Part shown: positions 47,652 to 55,943 of the stretch, one piece after another
Numbering within the stretch: the stretch's first letter is position 1
Layout: every line of letters begins with the position of its first letter
Origin: a virus
Taxonomy: Duplodnaviria; Caudoviricetes
IMG/VR virus record: IMGVR_UViG_3300016471_001002
Location: 64,001 to 128,000 of that record
Direction: 5' to 3' (one strand)
Length of the DNA: 64,000 nt
Notes under the pieces: model-generated
What the model saw: only the letters and a program-made list of their open reading frames with translations
The model's database searches: none
What the model was told of the DNA's origin: nothing
Made by a program: the position numbers and the translations under genes

Positions 47652-48686
47652 ATGGCAAGAGTCGAAGATGTTACATGGGGTTCTTATCAAGAATTTGAAG
47701 GTCCTTTTTATAAAGGAAAAATAAAATTTGAGCTTCCTAAAAATCCATCGATTAATGATAAGTTTTTAGCTACAATCGTCGCGATTGAAAGCGGTCATTA
47801 TGATGCAATCAACATGTATGATAGGATGATTGTTTCTGCCGGATTAATACAGTGGGGAGAAGCCAACGTTTTTTCAGTATCAAAGATGTTGGGTTTTTTT
47901 TGTGATTCTGGATTTGAAACAATAGTTCAAGGATGTTTGAAACCTGCTTTAGATGTATCTGGTTCTTCATTTAAGAAAAACCAAAAGGGAATTTGGAGAT
48001 TTTTTATAGGAACGTCAGAGGTTAATAACCTAGCAGCGCAACAAAAACTTTTTTGGGGATGTGATGGTAAAAAAGGTAGTTGGAAATCAGAAGAAAGTAA
48101 AAAATGTGCAAAACTTTGGGCTGCTTGCATAGCTTCAATCTTAGAAGATCCACGAACACGCGAATTGCAAAAGAAATTCACGCTTGATAGATTAATGGGA
48201 TTCGTTACCCCGACCGCAAAAAAAGAATTATTTGATGATAAAACTCAAACGCAATGGTCAAATGCATTAAGAGCAATTTATTTAACTTTTGCAATTAATC
48301 TTCCCCGCGTGACAGGAGAAATGTTTTCTTCAACAAAATTTGTTGGTGAAAAATGGTCTGAAGAGTGGTGTTTGTGTTTAATAAAAAAATTAACTTTTGG
48401 ATCAAACATTAAAATTTATCCAACAAGATATAATGCTTTAAGACCTGTTATAGAAAAATTATTTGATGTTGATCTTCCACAAAATGCAGAAGAGTTAAAA
48501 CTTTGGGATCCAAAAACGACGCCTCCTCCTTCAAGTAAAAACGCCATAGGTAATTCGCAACAAACGATAAATGAAGAATTGTTGAAGGAGTTAAATCAAA
48601 TTATAATGACTAAACCTTCTCAGCCGCCACCGGCTCCTAATCCGATTGTGGCTCTTTTCAAAAAGATTTTTTCATTTTTTTCCTGA
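47652..48686 (+). CDS. Putative lysozyme-like cell-wall hydrolase
   Basis: AIESGHYDAINMYD..SAGLIQW resembles a lysozyme-superfamily core; ATG 47652. Confidence 0.4.
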   Translation: MARVEDVTWGSYQEFEGPFYKGKIKFELPKNPSINDKFLATIVAIESGHYDAINMYDRMIVSAGLIQWGEANVFSVSKMLGFFCDSGFETIVQGCLKPALDVSGSSFKKNQKGIWRFFIGTSEVNNLAAQQKLFWGCDGKKGSWKSEESKKCAKLWAACIASILEDPRTRELQKKFTLDRLMGFVTPTAKKELFDDKTQTQWSNALRAIYLTFAINLPRVTGEMFSSTKFVGEKWSEEWCLCLIKKLTFGSNIKIYPTRYNALRPVIEKLFDVDLPQNAEELKLWDPKTTPPPSSKNAIGNSQQTINEELLKELNQIIMTKPSQPPPAPNPIVALFKKIFSFFS

Positions 48687-48995
48687 AGAAAGTAGCTTAA
48701 CAACTTTTGGAGCTTCGTTGGTTGAGAATACAAACCATTGGTGAATGGTTTCATCCCATGTGTGAATGAGACCATTTTCTTCAAGCTCTTTTACCGTACA
48801 AACATGAAATGCTTGTTTTCCATTCCTAAATCGATCAACAATGATTTCATTTCCTACTTGACCGACAAACTTTCCATCGACGATAGCATCTTGTAGAGAA
48901 TCAGGCTTGAATCCTCTTTTTACTTTTTTAGAATCTACCTTTTCTACTTTCTTTTTTTGAATTTTTTCTACGAATTGTTTTCTTTCAATTGTCAT
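48672..48995 (-). CDS. Hypothetical protein
   Basis: ATG 48995 in frame with the ORF track. Confidence 0.5.
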   Translation of the reverse strand: MTIERKQFVEKIQKKKVEKVDSKKVKRGFKPDSLQDAIVDGKFVGQVGNEIIVDRFRNGKQAFHVCTVKELEENGLIHTWDETIHQWFVFSTNEAPKVVKLLSSGKK

Positions 48996-49407
48996 GTTTT
49001 TTCCTCCAAATCCAATATGAAGCAAGAACCCCATCATTTGGTGGAGTATCTCCTAGTTTATTTTTAAAAAATATTTCCCAAGATCTAGCTGCGTATTCGC
49101 CTACCCCAGGTAGATCTCTAGGGTCTTTCCATTTTTTGCTTAAATAAGCTTTTGACATATTGAGTAAATTTTTTGCTCTTCTATTTTTAAACCCCAAAGA
49201 AGCAATTGTTTCAATAACGTCAGCTTCATTTGCTGAAATTAAATCTTTTGCAGATGGCCATTTTGTGAAAAAAATAGAAAGAACTTTTTCTGCTTGTTTT
49301 CTAGAAGTACAATTCAGCATGATGCATGAAGTAAACATTTTCCATTCATCAGGCCATACGTCTTCTTGAATCAATCCAAATCCGCTTCTTGGAGGTATTC
49401 GGTTCAT
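48985..49407 (-). CDS. HhH-GPD DNA glycosylase, MBD4-like
   Basis: SCIMLNCTS, LGFKNRRAKNL, DLPGVGEYAARSWEIF, PNDGVLASYW. Confidence 0.82.
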   Translation of the reverse strand: MNRIPPRSGFGLIQEDVWPDEWKMFTSCIMLNCTSRKQAEKVLSIFFTKWPSAKDLISANEADVIETIASLGFKNRRAKNLLNMSKAYLSKKWKDPRDLPGVGEYAARSWEIFFKNKLGDTPPNDGVLASYWIWRKKHDN

Positions 49408-49523
49408 TTTTTGAATAGTAACGTTTGTTTTTTTTCTTTACACGTTTCAAATTCATACGCGAATTTGAAAAAATAAAAAATTTTTTTGTGAACAATGTGA
49501 TCAAATGTAATATATAAATTGCC

Positions 49524-50168
49524 ATGAGTTTCATAGCATACATTACAACAATTTTGCTAGGACTTCAACCCGCCTATGGCGATAACGAGACCTGGCAGGA
49601 ACGCACTGATAGGATGACAATCATCGCTGAAGCGATTGATGATGCTTCATCTAGAGCAACATGCTCTGACAAGTACAACGTAGAAGGTTGCGTAGCAACT
49701 TGGCCACAAGATAAAAAAAGCTTAGCAATTCTCTTGGTCACTAAGGGATATTGGGAATCTAAGTTTGCAAAAAACGTTCATGAAGGAAAATGCAGACCAT
49801 ACGAATGTGATTCGTACCGAAAAGACGGTCACCTTATTCACAAGGCAAGATCACCTTGGCAAATTCAGAGAACTGGGCTTGTCTCGAAGGAAGAATATTC
49901 AAAAATGAATTCTTCATCTCAAGAGAGCACGACGGTTTCTGCGAATGTCGCTGTTCGATATTTGTCGATCGGAATGAGACAATGTCACACAATCATGGGT
50001 GCAATGTCAATTTACGGCGGAGTTAAATCTTGCAACTGGTCTGGTGTAAAACATCGATTATCTTTTTATAAAAAGTTGATGGAAAAATCGCCAGAAGATC
50101 TTTCTGCGGCAAAAGAAAAACAAGAGCAACTGCATAAGTCATTTGTTAAAGTATCTTCTTATAAGTAG
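49524..50168 (+). CDS. Exported protein, possible transglycosylase-like fold
   Basis: Hydrophobic N-terminus; GYWESKFA..ARSPWQIQ. Confidence 0.45.
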   Translation: MSFIAYITTILLGLQPAYGDNETWQERTDRMTIIAEAIDDASSRATCSDKYNVEGCVATWPQDKKSLAILLVTKGYWESKFAKNVHEGKCRPYECDSYRKDGHLIHKARSPWQIQRTGLVSKEEYSKMNSSSQESTTVSANVAVRYLSIGMRQCHTIMGAMSIYGGVKSCNWSGVKHRLSFYKKLMEKSPEDLSAAKEKQEQLHKSFVKVSSYK

Positions 50169-50186
50169 CAAGAAATAAAAACCATT

Positions 50187-50501
50187 TTGGTCGCCCTCTT
50201 AACGGAGGGCGTTTTTGTTTCAGCAAAGAATAAAATTGTGAAAAAAAGAAAAGAATCGTTGTATTCTATTTCTGTGAAAGTAGGGTCATTAGTTGTTCCT
50301 ACTTCGTTTAACCAAAGAGAATCTTTTTATTTAACTCCTATATCAGTTTTCGAGCAAGAAAATTTTTTATCTTGGCCAGAATGGAAAAAAGGAGAAATCG
50401 GAATTGTTCTACCCCCAGAAGAAGGTCAAATAGGAATTAAGGTTTTAATTCCTGATGGTGTTGGGTTGTGCTTCTTTGATGAAATAAAAGAGATATTGTA
50501 A
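50187..50501 (+). CDS. Small SH3-like protein (true start probably downstream of the terminator)
   Basis: VKVGSLV, EIGIVL, IKVL..GVG. Confidence 0.45.
   Translation: MVALLTEGVFVSAKNKIVKKRKESLYSISVKVGSLVVPTSFNQRESFYLTPISVFEQENFLSWPEWKKGEIGIVLPPEEGQIGIKVLIPDGVGLCFFDEIKEIL
50192..50216 (+). terminator. Intrinsic terminator
   Basis: CGCCCTC-TTAACG-GAGGGCG-TTTTT. Confidence 0.85.
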
Positions 50502-50504
50502 GTT

Positions 50505-50855
50505 GTGAATACATTTATGAAAGTAGAACCCTTAAATAAAGTCGCGATTACTCTTTTTATAATTGCAAAAATCTTTGGATTAATTGGCGTTAGCATGGGA
50601 TTCATGGGATCAAAAACGCATACAATCGGAGGATATCTTCTTTTCTTTGCAATAATTTCTATTTTTGGATCCATAGGATGCGCATTGTTTCAAACGGCGA
50701 AAGATAAAAAGAAGTTTTCCAAAGAAGACGAAGAGAATGCAAAGCTTAACTCATTTATAAGAGTAAAATCGACTTTAGAACAAGAAATTAAAGATCTTGA
50801 AGAACGTAGAATGGCCCTTGAAAATTTTTTGATTAAAAAAGGAAAAATGCTATGA
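50505..50855 (+). CDS. Two-TM membrane protein with coiled-coil tail
   Basis: Two hydrophobic segments in residues 12-60. Confidence 0.55.
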   Translation: MNTFMKVEPLNKVAITLFIIAKIFGLIGVSMGFMGSKTHTIGGYLLFFAIISIFGSIGCALFQTAKDKKKFSKEDEENAKLNSFIRVKSTLEQEIKDLEERRMALENFLIKKGKML

Positions 50856-51844
50856 TTAAGTTTGCAGATGTAATTTTAGACCTACAACAAGGTGATAGCG
50901 GAAAAGGAAAAATTTCGAACGCATTGGTTCAGACTGGCGAATATACACATTCAGTTAGATACAACGGATCTAATAATGCTGGGCATACGGTTTATGTTGA
51001 AGGCAAAAAAATTGTTACGCATAGCATTCCTGCCGGCGTTCTTCATGGTGTAAAAAGCATCATTGGCCCTGGTTGCGTTCTTAATATAGATCATTTCTTT
51101 GATGAAATGGATATGCTTTATGATAAAGGAATTGATCCGGATGATTTAGTTTTTATTTCAAAAAATACTCATATCATTACTAATAAGCATCTTGAAGAAG
51201 ATCAACAAGACGTTTCAATCGGAACAACAAAACGAGGCAACGGACCTGCATATAGAGACAAGTACGCAAGAAAAGGAAAACGTGCTGAAGATTTTCATGA
51301 ATTACAACCTTATTTAATTGATGTTTATGAAGAATTTCATGAAAAACAAGAATGCAGCATCCTCTTTGAAGGAGCGCAAGGATTTTATTTAGACATAGAC
51401 TGGGGTGATTATCCCTATGTGACTTCTTCTCATTGTACGGTTGGATCTGCAGTTATGAATGGAGTTCCACCACAAAAGATTAGAAGAATTTATGGAGCAG
51501 CAAAAATTTATGAGACTTATGTTGGTTCAAAGAAGTTTGAACCGAAAGATCCAGTTTTTGAAAAGATTAGGCAACTAGGTAATGAGTTTGGTGCAACCAC
51601 CAATAGGCCGCGGCAGTGTAATTGGTTGAATATTGATAATCTAGTTAAAGCAGTAAAAGTCAATGGTGTGACAGATCTTGTTATATCGAAGATGGATATT
51701 TTAAGAGAAATCCGAGCATGGAACATGTATTATAAAGGAAGAAAACTTTCTTTCTCTTCTGAGTGGGCAATCAAAGATTTTATCACGACTCAAGTTGGAA
51801 AAGATGTTATTATACATTGGAGTGATAATCCAGAAGCCATATGA
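50852..51844 (+). CDS. purA: Adenylosuccinate synthetase
   Basis: GDSGKGK (catalytic Asp kept), NNAGHT, GTTKRGNGPAY, FEGAQG, YPYVTSS, GATTNRPR. Confidence 0.9.
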   Translation: MIKFADVILDLQQGDSGKGKISNALVQTGEYTHSVRYNGSNNAGHTVYVEGKKIVTHSIPAGVLHGVKSIIGPGCVLNIDHFFDEMDMLYDKGIDPDDLVFISKNTHIITNKHLEEDQQDVSIGTTKRGNGPAYRDKYARKGKRAEDFHELQPYLIDVYEEFHEKQECSILFEGAQGFYLDIDWGDYPYVTSSHCTVGSAVMNGVPPQKIRRIYGAAKIYETYVGSKKFEPKDPVFEKIRQLGNEFGATTNRPRQCNWLNIDNLVKAVKVNGVTDLVISKMDILREIRAWNMYYKGRKLSFSSEWAIKDFITTQVGKDVIIHWSDNPEAI

Positions 51845-52206
51845 TTTTCAAGGGGAAAAAAATGGCTAGAAAAGTTGACAAACCGTGGGGGCATGAACTG
51901 ATTTGGGCGGAAACTGAAAAATATGTTGGGAAAATTCTCCATATTTCAAATGGGTTTTGTCTATCGCTACAATATCATAACGTAAAAGATGAAACGATAT
52001 TGGTTCAATCAGGTATTTTAACGATGGAAATAAGAGAAGGCGAGTCTAGGAAAATCTTTAAAATGAATTCTGGAGATTCGATAAGAATTAAACCTACTAT
52101 TATTCATAGAATGTCCGCGTATGACGGAGATGTTGACGTGATTGAAGTTTCAACTTCTGAACTTGATGATGTTATCAGGCTAGAAGACAGTTACGGAAGA
52201 GTTTAG
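51841..52206 (+). CDS. Cupin (mannose-6-phosphate isomerase C-terminal-like)
   Basis: KPWGHE, SLQYH..KDET, IHRM, EVST..LDDVIRLEDSYGR. Confidence 0.82.
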   Translation: MIFKGKKMARKVDKPWGHELIWAETEKYVGKILHISNGFCLSLQYHNVKDETILVQSGILTMEIREGESRKIFKMNSGDSIRIKPTIIHRMSAYDGDVDVIEVSTSELDDVIRLEDSYGRV

Positions 52207-52244
52207 TTCATTTTTTGTTGTTTGTAGTATATTATCAATAACTA

Positions 52245-54563
52245 ATGAATTCATCTTCGCATTTAAAAAAATTTTTTGCTTTAGCCATTTGCGCAATAAT
52301 TTCATGCGTAAGCGAAACAAAAGAGACAACTACTGATGTAGTTTTTTCTGATGACATAAGCGATTCTTCGCAGGGGGGCAACGAACCTAAAGAACCTGAA
52401 TCCTGCAAAGAAGAAGAAAAACGAACTTGTCATGTTGCGCTTGGTGAACATGAAGGTGTTCTTAGTTGCTTCGTTGGAGTTCAAACTTGTGTAGATGGTG
52501 AATGGTCTGACTGTTCAGACGGCGAAGATGTCAAAAAAATTCCAAATGATGATGGCAAACCTTTATCGCTAACCTCTGAAAAAGTTTGCACTGATAATCC
52601 CTGCGATCCTCGTTGCAGTAAGTGGGTAGAAGATGGGAAGTGGAAGGCAGACGGTTCTATCTGCAAATGGCCGTGGAATTGGTCTAGCACTCCAGCGGAT
52701 AGTATCGATAAGGCGAACAAGGGAGGCGCAGCCAAAGAACCTTGCACACATGGTTCGCAATGCCACCAGAACCAGAAGTGTCAAGATCCAGCTCAAGGAA
52801 GTTGCTCTCATGACATCTGCACCAAAGGTGCAGGTTTAATCAAGGGTTGTGAGACCAAGTGTGTTGACAAGATCTGTGACGAGAAGCCTCAGTGCTGCGA
52901 GAAGAAGTATACAGGTACTTGTGAAGTCGAACCTTGCTTGACCTATCAAAAGGGGTTAACTAAAGATTGCGATCCAAATGTCAAGAAGACCTGTGATTGG
53001 GACAAGACGTGTTGCCCTTATACTCAGATCGAAACCTGTAGTTATTGGGGAATCATTGGATATAAACAGGTTTGCGAATGGATCGAAACTTACAAGTGTG
53101 GCTGGCGTAATTACTATTTCTGCGGATGGAGATGGAGAGAAGTATACACATGTGGTTGGCGTTGGAGAGAAATTTATAAATGTGGCTGGAGATGGCGTGA
53201 GTTCTACGTCTGCGGGTGGCGGTGGAGAGAAATATACGTTTGCGGATGGAGATGGAGAGAAGTATACGTCTGTGGCTGGCGACAGACCTATGTTTGCGGG
53301 TGGAATTATTGTTGTAACTTCTTCTGGTGCGAATGGTGCTACACTTGCTGGTGGGATTACCGGTACGAGTGCTGGTGGGAACAAGTATATGTCTATGAGT
53401 GTTGGTGGGAACAGATCTACGTATATGAATGCTGGTGGGAGCTTCGATATGTGTACGAGTGTTGGTGGGAACAGATCTATGTTTATGAGTGCTGGTGGGA
53501 GCAGCAATACGTGTATGAATGTTGGTGGGAAGAGCGTTACGAGTGCTGGTGGGAACTGACACAAAAGTGTTGGGATGAGCCTGAGTACGGTTGGATCTAT
53601 TATTCCTGCGAGAAGAGTTACGAGGGTGAGTGGACCCAAAAGTGCGTAGATCAATACAAGGTTTATAATCCTGGAGCTTGTCCCATGAGTTGGAAGGGAG
53701 ATTGGGATGCCACCTGTATCAATGCGGTCCACGATACATGTCACAACTATTGCGATGGAGTCAAGAAGGGAGCCGGTGATTGTGTAGAATGGGAGGCTCC
53801 AAACTTCGATGACAAGTGTGGAGACTTTGAACTCGGGGTTGGCCTCACCTGTCAATCAGGTAACACGCCGATCGTCCCAATCTGCAACACTGGGTCCAAA
53901 GAAGCACCGAAAGGTATTCCGATCGCAATCATGCCGAAGGGTTCAGGTTATTTTGGAACAGAACCAACATCGCTTCCGGGTGCGAAGTACTGCTACACCG
54001 ATGAAGCTATTCCGGCCGGTGAGTGTCGCAACGTGAAGAGCTGTAATGTGGTCGACGGAGACGAGGTCATGGTCAACCCGTCCACGAACGCCAGCTACAA
54101 CAAGGCTGAGTGCTTCAAGGGTGACAACTGGGGATTCTTCTATAATGCGGCCTGTGGATATCCACCAAAATGTCCAGGGGGTTATCTAGATACCACCAAA
54201 GTGGAATCTTATGAAACTACTTGTGAATCTGGCGAGACACCAGTCTGGGGTTTCTTGTCTTGGGATTCAACAACACCGCCTGGCACAGAAGTTTCATTCC
54301 GCGTGAGGACAGCGGGAACGAAAGCAGATCTTTCTTCTGCAACTTGGTATTCTGTGTCGACCAAATCGACGAATGCATCTCCTGATTGTTTGGCCAGCGG
54401 ACCGTCACCATGTCCGGTTGACCTCTACAACGTGCTTGGAAAGATTCAAGCTCAGAAGAAGTTCCTGGAGTTGGAGGTCAGTATCAAGGTCGACGCTAAC
54501 AAGAAGAACACACCGGTTCTAGAAAAATGGGAGATCAGCTATTCCTGTAAGGAGGAACAGTGA
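52245..54563 (+). CDS. Large exported Cys/Trp-rich protein with mirror-symmetric repeat
   Basis: Signal/lipobox-like IISC; CGWRWRE.Y. repeats then CWWEQ.YVYE repeats; C-terminal beta-domain WDSTTPPGTEVSFRVRTA. Confidence 0.75.
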   Translation: MNSSSHLKKFFALAICAIISCVSETKETTTDVVFSDDISDSSQGGNEPKEPESCKEEEKRTCHVALGEHEGVLSCFVGVQTCVDGEWSDCSDGEDVKKIPNDDGKPLSLTSEKVCTDNPCDPRCSKWVEDGKWKADGSICKWPWNWSSTPADSIDKANKGGAAKEPCTHGSQCHQNQKCQDPAQGSCSHDICTKGAGLIKGCETKCVDKICDEKPQCCEKKYTGTCEVEPCLTYQKGLTKDCDPNVKKTCDWDKTCCPYTQIETCSYWGIIGYKQVCEWIETYKCGWRNYYFCGWRWREVYTCGWRWREIYKCGWRWREFYVCGWRWREIYVCGWRWREVYVCGWRQTYVCGWNYCCNFFWCEWCYTCWWDYRYECWWEQVYVYECWWEQIYVYECWWELRYVYECWWEQIYVYECWWEQQYVYECWWEERYECWWELTQKCWDEPEYGWIYYSCEKSYEGEWTQKCVDQYKVYNPGACPMSWKGDWDATCINAVHDTCHNYCDGVKKGAGDCVEWEAPNFDDKCGDFELGVGLTCQSGNTPIVPICNTGSKEAPKGIPIAIMPKGSGYFGTEPTSLPGAKYCYTDEAIPAGECRNVKSCNVVDGDEVMVNPSTNASYNKAECFKGDNWGFFYNAACGYPPKCPGGYLDTTKVESYETTCESGETPVWGFLSWDSTTPPGTEVSFRVRTAGTKADLSSATWYSVSTKSTNASPDCLASGPSPCPVDLYNVLGKIQAQKKFLELEVSIKVDANKKNTPVLEKWEISYSCKEEQ
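53037..53609 (+). repeat. Two imperfect 30-nt tandem repeat arrays encoding Cys-registered decapeptides
   Basis: TG(T/C)GG.TGG(A/C)G.TGG.G.GA.. five times and GAGTG(T/C)TGGTGGGA.CAG.. five times. Confidence 0.9.
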
Positions 54564-54941
54564 TCATCGAGAACGCTTAAGTTCTTCTTTGATTAACTCG
54601 CGAAGAACGCCTCGAAGAACTTTTTCTTCGAGGTTGGCATCAATAGCAGATACGACGTATTTGTTTTTTCTCAAGCTAGAATTCAAATTAAATATGTCCA
54701 TCCCAGCTCCACCCACGTATGCGACCACATTATTGAGTTGAGCTATTAAATCGTCGAGAACCTTCTTGTCTTGATCATCGACTTGACCATCACCAGTTAC
54801 GTCAGCGTTTTGGCTCTTTTGAATTGCGCTAATAACTTTACCGATGCCAACGACAGGTTCATCTAACTGTTTTTTTATTTTGGCAAGAGCCACGTGAGTT
54901 TTTGCTGCGCCAAGCTCATTTATTCTAGACGGTTTTTTCAT
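54564..54941 (-). CDS. Hypothetical protein with dockerin/EF-hand-like loop
   Basis: DVTGDGQVDDQD; C-terminal 'VLRELIKEEL'; ATG 54941. Confidence 0.55.
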   Translation of the reverse strand: MKKPSRINELGAAKTHVALAKIKKQLDEPVVGIGKVISAIQKSQNADVTGDGQVDDQDKKVLDDLIAQLNNVVAYVGGAGMDIFNLNSSLRKNKYVVSAIDANLEEKVLRGVLRELIKEELKRSR

Positions 54942-55573
54942 TTCTTTTTCTTCTTTTTGCCACGTGCTTTTTTGATTTGATTCCATTGAGCGGCGTCGAC
55001 TTTTCTTGCGGGACCGCCTGCAAGCACGCTATTGACTCTGGCCATTGCCCACGCATGTTGAGAAGCCCCGGGTCTATGTCCCGTTCTCCATGCTGCTAGA
55101 CCTTTATTATAGATTGCTCGCAAGGCGCTCATCGGCGCGCCAGACTTTTCTGCCTTGTTTTTCAGAGCTTTTGTGACGTTGTTTCCTTTTTTCTTCTCTT
55201 CGAGGACGGCCTCCGCGATAAATTCTTTTAGGACGTCTAAGTCGACCGCCAAATCTAGATCTTCTTCTAACAAGTCTTCATTTTCGATTAATGATTCTCC
55301 GAACATGTCTTTAACTTTCTTGTTCCATTTGGAAGGTTTTGTTTTTATTGGCTCACCAGTCTTTGGGTCTTTGTCTGTGGCAAAAGGTCGATAAGCTGAT
55401 GGATCATCAGTGTCTTTCTTTGCGCGCGCTCTTATTTCTTTTGCTCTCTTTTCCTTTTCAGGAGAACCTTTTAGATAAGAAGGATTAACCTTGCTTTTTT
55501 TCTCTTCTTCTCCTAAAATTGATTCAATTTCTTCTAAGATTATTTCGTATAATTTTTGTTCTGTCTCAAGCAT
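54938..55573 (-). CDS. DUF5824-like viral protein
   Basis: LRAIYNKGLAAWRTGHRPGASQHAWAMARVNS; TKPSKW; ATAATTA upstream on the minus strand. Confidence 0.65.
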   Translation of the reverse strand: MLETEQKLYEIILEEIESILGEEEKKSKVNPSYLKGSPEKEKRAKEIRARAKKDTDDPSAYRPFATDKDPKTGEPIKTKPSKWNKKVKDMFGESLIENEDLLEEDLDLAVDLDVLKEFIAEAVLEEKKKGNNVTKALKNKAEKSGAPMSALRAIYNKGLAAWRTGHRPGASQHAWAMARVNSVLAGGPARKVDAAQWNQIKKARGKKKKKK

Positions 55574-55590
55574 GAAATAATTATTCAGCG

Positions 55591-55911
55591 ATGTTCCAAA
55601 GAGGATTAAATTTATTTAGATCAATTTCATTTGCTTTAAAGCATCGTTTAAAGCACAAACTAGAACATTTTTCTATTTCAGAACTAAAAGATGTGTTCAT
55701 AAAGGGAGGAGTTCCTCTTCTCATCATATTCATTGGATGGGAAATAATAGAAGATGTTCTGTTTCCAGCCGCGTTTTGGACGTTAGGAAAATTTGTTCAT
55801 CCTGTATTTTATGCAGGAATGCCGATATCATGGATGCTGTGTCTTCATTGGATCGCAGTCCCGGTTCTTTGGGGAGTTTGGATGAAAATATCAAAAAAAT
55901 CGAAGCAGTGA
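55591..55911 (+). CDS. Small membrane protein
   Basis: GVPLLIIFIGWEIIEDVLFP and further hydrophobic segments. Confidence 0.55.
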   Translation: MFQRGLNLFRSISFALKHRLKHKLEHFSISELKDVFIKGGVPLLIIFIGWEIIEDVLFPAAFWTLGKFVHPVFYAGMPISWMLCLHWIAVPVLWGVWMKISKKSKQ

Positions 55912-55943
55912 AAAAGCTCATAACTTTGATGTAGTATGGATCT

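Noticed and set aside
50852-51844. PurZ (2-aminoadenine, Z-genome) instead of PurA
   Set aside because: The catalytic Asp of PurA is retained (GDSGKGK), whereas PurZ has Ser there; no dATPase/DatZ partner is seen.
53037-53609. CRISPR array or functional alternative-frame ORFs (52956, 52978, 53053)
   Set aside because: The repeats are contiguous 30-mers varying at synonymous positions in one frame, with no unique spacers; the other ORFs are shadows of the stop-poor repeat.
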